Shown here: positions 23,240 to 33,464 of the stretch, piece after piece
Position numbering within the stretch: the first letter of the stretch is position 1
Layout: each line of letters starts with the position of its first letter
Origin: a virus
Lineage: Duplodnaviria > Heunggongvirae > Uroviricota > Caudoviricetes
DNA length: 64,000 nt
Reading direction: 5' to 3' (one strand)
Virus record (IMG/VR): IMGVR_UViG_3300028886_000053
Program-made: the position numbers and the translations under genes
Notes under the pieces: model-generated
Told to the model about the DNA's origin: nothing
The model's database searches: none
What the model saw: the letters and a program-made list of their open reading frames with translations, nothing else

Positions 23240-25032
23240 TAAAACCATCCTTCCTAATAATCAACAACTTCATAGTCTTCAATAAATATCTGAGCACTCA
23301 CATGTCCCATCCATTCATTCTTATTTGCTCTACCAATAATATCTAAAGTATAATATCCATCACTATTTTGTAACATTTCACACTACTCATCAGTAGCTTT
23401 AAATTTCATTAAACTAATACCATTAGATAAAGTTATTTTAAGCGTATTATCTTTTTTCTTGTATACTGTTACCATATCAGAATTGATACAAATATTTTTT
23501 ATACAAAGATAAGGTTCATCAATATCTTTACCCCATAAATCCTACATATCTGCAATTGTTAAAATATCAATAGGTTGAATATTATCTCCATCATAAATAT
23601 AATCAACATAATAAACGGCTTCATCTTGCATATCAACTAAGGCGGCGTCGGTTTTCTAAATAAAAGCTGGGATGTTCTATTCTAATATACCTAATCCAAA
23701 TGCGTTAGGGTGACCAGTCTAATACATTGTTACACCAGTGTCCGCGCATATACTTTTAAAATCAGTAACTCCAACTTTCTAACATCCTCTTGCTGAACCT
23801 TGATATGAAATAATTGTAGCTGATTCATTTACTTCCCAAGGTGGAATATCCGATTTTTCATATTCTGTTATTTTTGTTAATAAACAAACAGGTCTTTGAT
23901 ATTTTGCCATAATTTTATTAGCAATTAAACCTGCTATATTCCGATCTACTTGGCCAGGTTCTAGCAAGAATAGAAGAACTTTATGATTTAACAATCCTTT
24001 TTGTTCTATCAGACTTTCTATTGTAGCTAATCCAGCATCTTGTGCTTTTGTTTGTCTATTTTTTACATTAGTAACAACTCGCATTGCTTGTTCAACTAAT
24101 TGCTCTTTCTATCCAAGTAAATGTCCTCGTTTAGTAGATAAAACTTCTTTAAAAGCCTAATACTTTAACATTGATTTAAATACTAATGCTTTCTATTCTA
24201 TTGTTCCACTTCTACATATAGCATTTACATAAGGGGCTACATAAAAAGCTACACTCATATGATTAACCTTATTCTTCATAGAATACTCATTTTTCTTAGC
24301 AAGAGAAGCAAAGAAAGGGTTTTTAAGATTTTGGAAACCTTTATTAATAATATGTTTTGTTTCAATAGAAGTCATAGACATCATATCGGCACAGTTCCCA
24401 AGAGCAACCAAATCTAAATAGTTATCTGCATTAGATACTTTTAAAAGTTTATCTAAATATCTACAAAACTGCCAAACAACTCCTGCTCCCGAAAAATCTT
24501 TATTTGGATAATCTGAAAGCTGATTATTAATAACAATGGCGTAATCGTTTTTTACATCACATAGGTGGTGGTCTAATACAATTATTTTACTGCCATATTT
24601 AGAAAATGCCTAGCACTAATTTACATCATTAGAACCTGCATCAGGTACAATAAGTAAGTCATATTCTTTATCTAAGTGGCGGACATCTGCTAATCCATGT
24701 TGTTTTCCCTAATGAAGATAATAATCTATATTATGCTACACCCAAGTAGGGAAGAAGTCATGTAAATAATTTAGTAAAATTGCAGAACTGGTAAAACCAT
24801 CACAATCACTATCAATTACTAATAATGCAATACCTTTATTTGAAATGGTTGAAATTAATGCGGCAGCTGCTTGTCGGAGTTTATCCTAGCCTAAAGCTTC
24901 GGGGGGAGCAACGTCCGCATCACTTGTAAATAAATAATCATTGATTTTATCAACTGGAATATTTCTATTTGTTAAAATTTGTTGAATAACTGAATAATTC
25001 TAATTTATGGGTTTTATTAACTAGTATCTCAT
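23239..25032 (-). CDS. recJ: RecJ-like DHH ssDNA exonuclease (597 aa, 17 TAG)
   Basis: DSDCDG, H*GKQHG, LDHH, NNQLSDYPNK, ADMM, SARG and GHPNAFG motifs in one frame ending at TAA 23239-23241. Confidence 0.85.
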
Positions 25033-25065
25033 ATTTATTCCTTCTTTCAATTTTTCGTTTTTTAA

Positions 25066-25094
25066 ATTATAACAAAAAAAATAAGAGTTGTCAA
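25066..25094 (-). promoter_or_regulatory. Consensus sigma70 promoter upstream of recJ
   Basis: TTGACA-17 nt-TATAAT. Confidence 0.8.
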
Positions 25095-25109
25095 GTGAAC
25101 AACTCTTAT
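25081..25109 (-). terminator. Intrinsic terminator of primase overlapping the recJ -35 box
   Basis: ATAAGAGTTGT / ACAACTCTTAT 11-bp stem followed by a T-tract on the - strand. Confidence 0.7.
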
Positions 25110-26257
25110 CTAGGTTTTTTCCTATTGTTAAATAATTCAAGGAAAATGTCTGGTCCTTTATCTATTGGTGAATCTTTATACCCTAATAAGTTTCCTGTAT
25201 CTAACATAAAACTTATTTGAATAAAACTTCCGTATTTTTTATATATATTTATCAGTTTCTCTTCCCATTTAATATACTCCGCATCTTTATACTCTTGATA
25301 CTGTTTATCAAATGCTATTATAATTTCTTCAACTCCAAGTGATTTTAACATTTCAACTTGATAATTAATTAAATTACTTCCACATACTGCTACACTAATA
25401 TCATTTTTAATCCCAAAAAAACTACTAAATAAAAGACAAGATTTTTCACCTTCAAATACAATAACCTTTTTCATTCTTTTAATATTTTCTTTTGAGAAAT
25501 TAATGTTATATAAATTAAAACTTAAAGGATGGTTATACATTTTACCAGAAATAATAGCGGGTCTATATTTTCCTTTAACTTCATTTTCTCTTATTAAAGT
25601 TCTTTCTCTAATTCCAATAAGTTGATTATTGATATTATAGTGTGGAATAACAATTCCTTGATTGATTGGATCATAACAGATACCATGAGCATCCATGCTT
25701 TCTTTTGTTATACCTTCTCTTTCCCAGGGTAAAAGTCTTGGTCTAGGAAAGTTTTTCAAAAAAGAATCATCATATTTTTCAAAGGAAACTGTTTGTTGTT
25801 TATTTGATTTAATTGATTGTTTTCTTAATTTTTCAGATGTATATTTCTCATCAGGAAGTTCTAATCGTTCTTCTGAAAAATTTTCATTTTCTTCTTCGAT
25901 GCCATAATAAGTAAGAATGTAATGTAGAGCATCTGGTAAATCCCAGGGTCTAGTCTTTAATTCTCCACCTTTTGCCCAGTATGTAATTCCACTTTTACTC
26001 AGATGTTTTACTTTTAATATTAATTGGAATATATCAAAAGCATCATTACATTCAGTATAACATCGAAAAAGTTTTGTATTATCATAATAATATAATTTAA
26101 ATGAACCTTGACCTGGAGGGTTATGGCATATGGTCCTTGAGATGATATAAGAACTATTAATTATTTGTGGTTCTCCGCCCAGGTCAACAAGTAATTGATA
26201 TACTTGGTCTAAAGTTAAATCATTTTTAATATTTTCTAAATATTCTTTTTGATTCAT
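25106..26257 (-). CDS. DNA primase (DnaG-like)
   Basis: N-terminal Zn-binding region (CHN...C..C), IVIPHY...IGIRER, and Toprim FEGEKS...IIIAFD. Confidence 0.85.
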   Translation of the reverse strand: MNQKEYLENIKNDLTLDQVYQLLVDLGGEPQIINSSYIISRTICHNPPGQGSFKLYYYDNTKLFRCYTECNDAFDIFQLILKVKHLSKSGITYWAKGGELKTRPWDLPDALHYILTYYGIEEENENFSEERLELPDEKYTSEKLRKQSIKSNKQQTVSFEKYDDSFLKNFPRPRLLPWEREGITKESMDAHGICYDPINQGIVIPHYNINNQLIGIRERTLIRENEVKGKYRPAIISGKMYNHPLSFNLYNINFSKENIKRMKKVIVFEGEKSCLLFSSFFGIKNDISVAVCGSNLINYQVEMLKSLGVEEIIIAFDKQYQEYKDAEYIKWEEKLINIYKKYGSFIQISFMLDTGNLLGYKDSPIDKGPDIFLELFNNRKKPR

Positions 26258-26637
26258 TTTTCTATTTCATTTAAAAAATTCGTTACCCAAAAAGGGGTTC
26301 CATCATTAGGATTATTTTTCCAAGGATCTAAAGAAAAATTATCTATTAATTTAAGAGATTCGCTTCCTTTTCCAAACCAATAAAAACCGCCTCCATAATC
26401 AGAATATATTTCTACATCATCTAAATCTTTTTCTTGAGAAAGATTCCGATAAGAATCTGAAGTATTATAAGTTAATTTTCTACAATAATCTATTGGATTA
26501 TAATAATCAGACTCTTTATCATAACATTCTTCTGGTAAGCAAATTACAGGCAATAAAAGGTCAACAACTCCTACATATGCTCCATAATAAATATTTTTAG
26601 TTTTATTAAATCTTATTAAAGCAAAAGAATCACTCAT
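26254..26637 (-). CDS. Hypothetical protein
   Basis: ORF between helicase and primase; the start is placed at the ATG overlapping the helicase stop region. Confidence 0.6.
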   Translation of the reverse strand: MSDSFALIRFNKTKNIYYGAYVGVVDLLLPVICLPEECYDKESDYYNPIDYCRKLTYNTSDSYRNLSQEKDLDDVEIYSDYGGGFYWFGKGSESLKLIDNFSLDPWKNNPNDGTPFWVTNFLNEIEK

Positions 26638-28168
26638 TTTTTTCTCCTTCAATGACAATCTTTAAATCCTCCATATCAATTAATTGATAATTATAATCAG
26701 TAGCAAAAATAGGATTAATTCTACAAATACCTAAATCTGCCTTGCACCAAAGTAGGATATGATTGTACTTGCCTCGTCTATTTTTATAAATTGAAATTTT
26801 AAGATTAGGTTGTTCTAATCCTTTTTGATTTACCATTTCGTCTATATTATCATGATCTTGCTGATTTAATTGTAACATAATGCTACCGGCATCAATTTTA
26901 TCGGCAATAGCTTTAGCACCTCTTAATAGATTTTGATCATAAACAGAGGCGTGCTGATAGTCTGCATTTAACTGTGTACTAGATAAAATAAAAATACCAT
27001 TATCAGTAGCCAAGTCTTTAAGACGAACACTAATCATAAATAATACATTATCTTCTCTTAAATTTTTAACCGATGCTTTAGAACTAACTTCAGATAATAT
27101 TTTCATACTTGAATGGATATAATCAAGAAAGAAGTATTTTACATTAAATTTTCTAACGCTAAGTTTAACTACATTTTCAATATCTTGTAGAGAGAAATCA
27201 TGTAATTGTTTTAAATATAAAGGACTATTTTTAATCACTTCAATAGCATGTCTAACTCTTTCAAGTTCATTTCCTTCATATCTATTTGTTAAAATATGAT
27301 CTTCGGGAACTCCAGATAAAAATGCCCACATCATAGTTTGAACTTCACTAAAAATCTGTTCAGTCATAACATATATAGTAGGCTCAACTGTATTTCCATT
27401 TTGAACCCATTCTCTTTTTTCTAGGTCATAAATTTCATTACAGGCTATATTGCAACAATCTGCTACCATAGCTCTGGATTTACCAACATTCGTAGCCGCG
27501 GACCGCAGATAAAACTTGCCAAGTCTAGCCCCTCTAAACACAGTATTGATTAGATTTCCATATAAAGGATAACCTACATCAGGAGTTGTTTGAAGTTCAG
27601 TTAAAAGATCGTCACTACCAACGCCCGCTTGAATAATATCATCAACTGCACCATTAAGGTATTTAAGTTTTATATCTTCTATTTTATTATCAATAGTTTC
27701 AGCAATTTGCTCTTCGGTAGTATTATCTAACCATTCCTCTTGACGTTGTTTCTTCTTTTGATCGAATATATTATTTATATCATATAACCATGCTAAATCA
27801 AGACCAGCTCTTTCATTATACATACGAAGAAGTGTCATTTTCTTCATTTTATGATAATAATAATTAAAAGCATCTGGCTGACAAATTGAAACGGCCTTTG
27901 CTAGATAACCAGTACCATCATAATTTTTATAGACTGCCATTTTCTTAGGTTTTTGTTGAAGATAGTCTTCTATTACTGAAGTTGTGATTTTTTCTACACC
28001 AAGATTATGAAGATTATAAATGGCTCCAAATACAACTTTATGTAAATCTTCTGTAAAATCTTCTGCTGTAAAACTATATCTTTCGTCATCTATAAGATTA
28101 GGATTTCGATAAACGCATCCTATAACCTGCACAATAGCAGGAATATCTACATATCTTATTTTACTCAT
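26630..28168 (-). CDS. Replicative DnaB-like helicase
   Basis: SAATNVGKS Walker A variant, FFLDYI, STQLN and KNRRG; adjacent to primase. Confidence 0.8.
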   Translation of the reverse strand: MSKIRYVDIPAIVQVIGCVYRNPNLIDDERYSFTAEDFTEDLHKVVFGAIYNLHNLGVEKITTSVIEDYLQQKPKKMAVYKNYDGTGYLAKAVSICQPDAFNYYYHKMKKMTLLRMYNERAGLDLAWLYDINNIFDQKKKQRQEEWLDNTTEEQIAETIDNKIEDIKLKYLNGAVDDIIQAGVGSDDLLTELQTTPDVGYPLYGNLINTVFRGARLGKFYLRSAATNVGKSRAMVADCCNIACNEIYDLEKREWVQNGNTVEPTIYVMTEQIFSEVQTMMWAFLSGVPEDHILTNRYEGNELERVRHAIEVIKNSPLYLKQLHDFSLQDIENVVKLSVRKFNVKYFFLDYIHSSMKILSEVSSKASVKNLREDNVLFMISVRLKDLATDNGIFILSSTQLNADYQHASVYDQNLLRGAKAIADKIDAGSIMLQLNQQDHDNIDEMVNQKGLEQPNLKISIYKNRRGKYNHILLWCKADLGICRINPIFATDYNYQLIDMEDLKIVIEGEKNE

Positions 28169-28656
28169 TCATCATCCTCCCAATCAAACATTTGCGGCGG
28201 TCGCTTCCATGCTCGGGGAGACTTAGATTTAATCTCGATAACCGGTTGCCGCATTTTAATTTCTTCATTTTTCTTTTTTGTCTTTTCTATCTCTTGATAA
28301 TATTCTTTAGCTTTATCATAAACATATGGAATAATACCTACTCCATCATTACTCTTTTCAGTTGTTCCATTATTTACAAAATAAAACCATTGTAATCCTT
28401 TTGTCATTCCATACCAAGTATATCCATAAGTTTTAATAAAATACTCAGCTTGGCTGTTTATCATTTGATATTCATATTTAGGCCCATAAATAGATTTAAC
28501 GCAACTAAAAAAATCTTCTCGATCTTGTAATTCTTTTATTTTTTTAGGATTTGCTATTGCACATTTTTCGTGTATATATCTATTTCCTATTTTAATACAA
28601 GCTATTTTTTCTCTATCGAAAGTTTTATTACAAATTAAACATTTTGCAGGTATCAT
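28165..28656 (-). CDS. Hypothetical replication-associated protein with N-terminal Zn motif
   Basis: CLIC...HEKC; its stop overlaps the helicase start. Confidence 0.55.
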   Translation of the reverse strand: MIPAKCLICNKTFDREKIACIKIGNRYIHEKCAIANPKKIKELQDREDFFSCVKSIYGPKYEYQMINSQAEYFIKTYGYTWYGMTKGLQWFYFVNNGTTEKSNDGVGIIPYVYDKAKEYYQEIEKTKKKNEEIKMRQPVIEIKSKSPRAWKRPPQMFDWEDDE

Positions 28657-28687
28657 TTTATTTTCCCTTTTTTATTCTTTATATTTT

Positions 28688-28716
28688 ATTATAACATAAA
28701 AAAAATAAGAAGTCAA
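28688..28716 (-). promoter_or_regulatory. Sigma70-like promoter for helicase-primase operon
   Basis: TTGACT-17 nt-TATAAT. Confidence 0.8.
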
Positions 28717-28736
28717 GGATCAATCCTTGACTTCTT
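28707..28736 (-). terminator. 13-bp hairpin containing the upstream stop codon and the -35 box
   Basis: AAGAAGTCAAGGA-TCAA-TCCTTGACTTCTT, followed by a T-run on the - strand. Confidence 0.7.
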
Positions 28737-29715
28737 CTTCAAAAAGTTCTCTTAAATCATATACAATTAATGATAATTGCTCAACTTGATTTCTTGTAAT
28801 TTGTGAAATCTTTTTTCCTTTACCTAAATTACGTCCAATAATTTCTTCAATTCTAGGACGGTAATATTCTTTTTTCTCTGGTGGGATAGATCTCACTAAT
28901 TTAGAACATTCTTTATATAAAGCATCAAAATCAAGTTCCTCAGAGGATGTTGATGTATTTCTTTCATCTGTAATAAATTCTTTACCAGCTCTTTTAGCCT
29001 CTTCATCTATTGCATTATTTAAAGCATCAACTAAAGAATTATATGAAAATTTAATTTCAGGTTGCATATATCTAAATCTAGAACCACAATCTATAGTTCC
29101 ATCAAAAGAACGTAAAGTTAAAACTCTCGCGGGAGTTCCATCTTTTACAACAAGATGAGCATAACCATATATATCAACCATATTTTTAATTATTTCATTA
29201 TAACTATTACTTAATGTAGGTACTACCTGATTATATTCTGTTCCATCCTGTCTTTTAAATGTTTTATCTTTATCATGTGAAATAAATAAAACTGCATAAC
29301 CAAGTTGAGTAACTGCTCTAAAAGTACTTTCAAGTTCTCTTTTGACTTGTACCCAACCTTGTCCGTAAGGGATTTGGTTTAAAGTATCTACATTATTTTG
29401 ATCTATAATATATTTTTCACAAGCAGCCGCGGCAATATCAATAGTATCAACGATAATAGACTGAAATTGTTCTTTTACCTCAGGTCTTTTCAATTGTCTT
29501 AAAATTTGTTTCATTTCAGACCATGTTGAAACATCCTGCGGATAAATATTAGGGATTGCGTTATATCCTTTTTCAAATGCTAAAAGTAATGCACCTGGCA
29601 TTTGTGAGCCAAAAGTTGTTTTACCAATTTTACCTGGGCCATATAAGTAAGTAATATATCCGCTTAAATCTCTACTTACCTTATGTGGCTAAATTTTCAT
29701 TAAATCAATTGCCAT
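28720..29715 (-). CDS. AAA_24/Sak4-like P-loop ATPase, TAG at codon 9
   Basis: MAIDLMKI*PHKVSRDLSGYITYLYGPGKIGKTT; the Walker A lies upstream of the track start (29601); IIVDTID Walker B. Confidence 0.78.
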
Positions 29716-29760
29716 TTTTATACCTCACTATTTTCTTTTTCCATACTCATAGTTTAAAAT

Positions 29761-29783
29761 GGCAAGTGGCTTAACCACTTGCC
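29761..29783 (-). terminator. Intrinsic terminator-like hairpin
   Basis: GGCAAGTGG-CTTAA-CCACTTGCC. Confidence 0.6.
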
Positions 29784-29789
29784 TTTAAA

Positions 29790-30719
29790 TTAAAAATCAT
29801 CAAAATCTCCTTCAGGAACATTTGAAATTGGACCTGACATTGTATTAGGGGTTGGAGCTGCGGCAACTGCATTTTTCTGATTCTCAGCATATGCAATTGC
29901 AGAACTCTTTACTTCTTCAAGATGTACGTTTCTATCAGCAACTTTCTTCTGAAGTTCTGCTCTGTCCTCTTCTGTAAAATCATAAACCTGAGGTTTAGAA
30001 CCTTCAATTACCCATTCTCTACGAGTTCTTTCAGAGTATTCAATTACTGAGTCACCCCAAGCATTTTCAATTTCTCTCTTCTCTTTTACAGTTGTATTTC
30101 TTACACTTCCCCAAACCTGAGTATAAACAGGATCTTTTGAAGAAACTCCAAGACCTTCAAAATACTCAATTGCCTTAGGATTATAAGCAATTATATCCCA
30201 AGGAAGAATTGCTTCTCTGAAATTAAAAATAACACCATGAATTCTTGCATGAAGAACGTCATCTGTTCCCTCTTTAGGTTCTACAACAGTTACTTTATTA
30301 ATAACCATATCATAAGTAAATTTATTTCTAGCAGAACCTTCGGGAGAAAGCTCTTTAATGAAAGTAATAAAACCACCTTCATTTCTTTGAGCAGATACCA
30401 TTCTCTCATCATTTACCATATAAAAATCATTTAGATCTCCAGAAGGAGTAAGTCTGATCTTTTCAGCTTCATCTTTACCAACTTTCAACCAAGTTTTTTC
30501 TTCTGCTACAATTTTTTCAAAAGCAGAAAATCTACTGTCTGGCTTACCACTTCCAAAAGTAGGAAGTACGAAAGTATAATGTACAGGAATAACATTCAAT
30601 CCTGCTTCATCAGTTGCAATATGAAGAGTTCCTGACCAAAATTCCTGTCCAAAATAATTTGAAGATTGATTCTTTACTACTTTCTTTGCTAAATCAAAAT
30701 CATAAAGTCTACCTTCCAA
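29790..30719 (-). CDS. Putative ssDNA-binding protein
   Basis: Beta-rich body with an acidic C-tail (PEGDFDDF); upstream of the Sak4-like ATPase. An in-frame upstream ATG may extend the start slightly. Confidence 0.55.
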   Translation of the reverse strand: MEGRLYDFDLAKKVVKNQSSNYFGQEFWSGTLHIATDEAGLNVIPVHYTFVLPTFGSGKPDSRFSAFEKIVAEEKTWLKVGKDEAEKIRLTPSGDLNDFYMVNDERMVSAQRNEGGFITFIKELSPEGSARNKFTYDMVINKVTVVEPKEGTDDVLHARIHGVIFNFREAILPWDIIAYNPKAIEYFEGLGVSSKDPVYTQVWGSVRNTTVKEKREIENAWGDSVIEYSERTRREWVIEGSKPQVYDFTEEDRAELQKKVADRNVHLEEVKSSAIAYAENQKNAVAAAPTPNTMSGPISNVPEGDFDDF

Positions 30720-30778
30720 AACCTATCTATTCATCTTATTTTTCATTCTTTTTTACCTCTTTATTTCTTTATACATTT

Positions 30779-30807
30779 ATTATATAATAATTTTTTAAAT
30801 TTTTCAA
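30779..30807 (-). promoter_or_regulatory. Sigma70-like promoter
   Basis: TTGAAA-17 nt-TATAAT. Confidence 0.6.
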
Positions 30808-30808
30808 A

Positions 30809-31630
30809 TTATCCTTCATAAGTAATTAATTCTTTTGCATATGGAAGTGACTCAATCCATTCACAAAATTGATGCCATTCTGATAATTTATGATAACGGC
30901 GTTGAAAGTATATATTTCTTAATATTTCATAATTAAGAGTGACAGTTCTTGTTTGTAACCATCCTTCAGGAAGAATACGAATTAATTCTTTCCAATATCT
31001 TTTATCTTTTGTTTCATTATATCTTTGACGTAATGTTTCACAAACATTAATTAAATCTTCTAAATGATCATCTATAATACTATCTATATTATAAGGTTCA
31101 TTATCAAATACATTTAAATTAGCTTGATAGTCATCCATTTCAAAGCAATCCTTTGTAATAGGAGTTGATGCTAATTTATGCATTGTTGAGGTACTATTTG
31201 CAACAGTACCTACTTTGTAGGTATCAAATTCCTTATACCAATATAACGGAGCAGTTATATCAACAGAAACAAAAATTTGACGTAAAAATTTTCTATCACT
31301 AGTCCCCGCTTTTATCATACGTTGAGCAAGATCTAAATCCTTTGGGCCAAGGTATGCATACTCAAATAAACCTCTATCAAATTCCCAATTTATAATACCA
31401 TTTTTTCTTAACCAAGCTGCATATTTATCTGCTTCTTGGTCATAATGGTCGCCGTCTTCTACAGAAATATTATTTTTAATACAATAAAGATGCGCTATAT
31501 CCCAATCTTTTGTATCATTAACATTTCCTAATCCAAAACTACTATCAGATTTTTTCCAGCTTTCAAGAGGATTACGTAATCCTCTAAATGCTCCTTCAAA
31601 ATTCATAACTCGTGTCTGTTCAAATTTCAT
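30809..31630 (-). CDS. Thy1/ThyX-like protein
   Basis: RKFLRQI.VSVDITAPLYWYKEFDTYKVGT..NSTSTMH, TRT..LNYE.LRNIY.QR..HKL.EW resembles the flavin-dependent thymidylate synthase fold; assignment is from memory. Confidence 0.5.
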   Translation of the reverse strand: MKFEQTRVMNFEGAFRGLRNPLESWKKSDSSFGLGNVNDTKDWDIAHLYCIKNNISVEDGDHYDQEADKYAAWLRKNGIINWEFDRGLFEYAYLGPKDLDLAQRMIKAGTSDRKFLRQIFVSVDITAPLYWYKEFDTYKVGTVANSTSTMHKLASTPITKDCFEMDDYQANLNVFDNEPYNIDSIIDDHLEDLINVCETLRQRYNETKDKRYWKELIRILPEGWLQTRTVTLNYEILRNIYFQRRYHKLSEWHQFCEWIESLPYAKELITYEG

Positions 31631-31871
31631 CTTTTATTACCCTTATATTATCAGATATTGGTGTAGTAATATTTTCAAGTGTATTAATTGTATAATTTGG
31701 AGTTCTCTAATTAGGAATTTTACAAGTCCAAGCAGGAGTAGTCGTATAAGTCCAATTATGATAAGCATCATTGCGTCCCTACCAATAGACTTCATTTAAA
31801 AGAGTTTCTAATTCTTTTTTAGTAAACTCTATTTTTCCATTATTATTTTTTTAAAATACTTTAACTATCAT
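31620..31871 (-). pseudogene. Small conserved-looking gene with 2 TAG and one in-frame TAA at codon 7
   Basis: MIVKVF[TAA]KNNNGKIEFTKKELETLLNEVYW*GRNDAY...; the ATG overlaps the upstream TGA and the ORF ends in TGA 31620-31622. Confidence 0.45.
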
Positions 31872-32806
31872 TTATTTACTCCAATATTACTATTATATCC
31901 ATATGTATCAGCTTGATACAATGATATAAAATATTTTTCTTTTTCGTTTAATTCATCTCGATTACATTCTAAAAGAATTTCAAAAGTAAAGTTCTATAAC
32001 CCGTATTCTTGTATAGCTTTATAAAGTTTATTACCAGGCGGTGTATCAATACCCAATCCTGCTTTACAATGCTAACTCCATCTTTTATATATATCAACAG
32101 CTTGTCCAATATAACATTCGTTAGTTTCAATGTTTGTTATCTTGTAAATTCCCATTTTAGTTTTATCTTTTAAGATAACTGGAAATTTAACCTTAGCAAG
32201 CGGTTGCCAGTATGTCTGCCATATTAACATAGATAAGATACGAGGTTTAGCTAATTCCATTTTAACTTTTTCTAATTTCTTAATATCAGAAAGTTCTATA
32301 TTAGATGGGACTAATCTATAGTCATCTGCTTTACTTTTTATTTCTTTCTATCTTAATAAGGACTAGTATGCGGCCTTGCGTGTCTACTTTAATGTCTAAA
32401 GTGAAGCGGCGGCCGCCTAAACTTCCTGTCTAAGCAAGTCTAACTAATACTCATACTAGTCTTTTTGCTTTTGACATTCTAGTTTCTTAAATTCTAGTTG
32501 TTGATCTATTGATTGACGTTTTACATTTTCATAATCTTTTAATCGAGATTGAATAGCCTATTCTTCAAAATTATATTTCTAATTAAATTGTTTTTCCTTT
32601 TGCTATATTTTTTCTTCTATCGAGGTTAATCGTTGCTCAGCTTCCTTTATTTTTTTTGAATTGCCTTGCTATATATCCTATTCTTTCTTTTGAAGTGCTA
32701 ACTATCTTTCCTATACTCTTTTTAGACAGTAAGCTAAATAAAATAGCAACATACCTAATATTACAAAAAATATAGTTAAAGTTAATATAAGTATATTTCT
32801 ATTCAT
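31868..32806 (-). CDS. Membrane-anchored coiled-coil GIY-YIG nuclease (312 aa, 16 TAG)
   Basis: Hydrophobic N-terminal helix (ILILTLTIFFVILGMLLFYLAYC), a charged coiled coil, then GIYKITN...CYIGQAVDIYKRWS*H...YGL*NFTFE...EKYFI...YGYN. Confidence 0.8.
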
Positions 32807-32815
32807 AATAAAAAT

Positions 32816-32842
32816 ACCTGGGCTATTTTATTTAACCCAGGT
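32816..32842 (-). terminator. Terminator-like hairpin
   Basis: ACCTGGG / CCCAGGT stem followed by ATTTTT on the - strand. Confidence 0.5.
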
Positions 32843-32853
32843 GATTCCTTTCA

Positions 32854-33180
32854 TCAAGCTTCGTAGTTGTAAGTTCTACCATAATCAGTGAATTCGATGA
32901 ACTTAACACTCTTATGAATCTTCTTACCAGTATCTTTATCTGTATCTTCAATTTCACCAGGGACACGAACCATAAGAGGTTTTACTTCCTTTACTTTCTT
33001 ACCATCTACTTCTTCACCAGTTTCTTCCTTGTGATTTGTAAAAGCAGCTGTAAGAGTTGCATTAACACTCTTTGCACTCAAACCAAGTGCTTCAGCAATA
33101 TCATTAGCTGTAATACCTTCTGATTCATGTTCCTCTACATACTTCTTAACTAGAAGTGCCTTCTCACTAAACTTACCCAT
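32854..33180 (-). CDS. HTH-type DNA-binding protein
   Basis: ITANDIAEALGLSAKSVNATLT; has its own promoter and a strong RBS. Confidence 0.6.
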   Translation of the reverse strand: MGKFSEKALLVKKYVEEHESEGITANDIAEALGLSAKSVNATLTAAFTNHKEETGEEVDGKKVKEVKPLMVRVPGEIEDTDKDTGKKIHKSVKFIEFTDYGRTYNYEA

Positions 33181-33221
33181 TTTTAATTTCTCCTTTTTTA
33201 AATCATTTATTATTTTATTAT

Positions 33222-33250
33222 ATTATATTAAAAATTTTCTAAAAAGTCAA
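33222..33250 (-). promoter_or_regulatory. Sigma70-like promoter
   Basis: TTGACT-17 nt-TATAAT. Confidence 0.8.
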
Positions 33251-33429
33251 AAACATTTTAGTTCTTGTCTTATATATTCATCTAACTAGAATAATTCTTC
33301 TATGGAAAGTGAGCCTATAATATTTTCAATTTTAGAATCAATCTCTTCAAGATTATTGTCCTTATTCCGACTTTCCATTTCTATTCTAGCTATCTTTTTT
33401 GCTTTTTCTTTTAATTCTTTTTTATTCAT
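33247..33429 (-). CDS. Small helical protein (60 aa, 1 TAG)
   Basis: MNKKELKEKAKKIA...LSIEELF*LDEYIRQELKCF, ending in TGA. Confidence 0.6.
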
Positions 33430-33435
33430 AATATT

Positions 33436-33464
33436 ATTATACCAAAAAATTTTTAATAAGTCAA
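33436..33464 (-). promoter_or_regulatory. Sigma70-like promoter
   Basis: TTGACT-17 nt-TATAAT. Confidence 0.8.
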
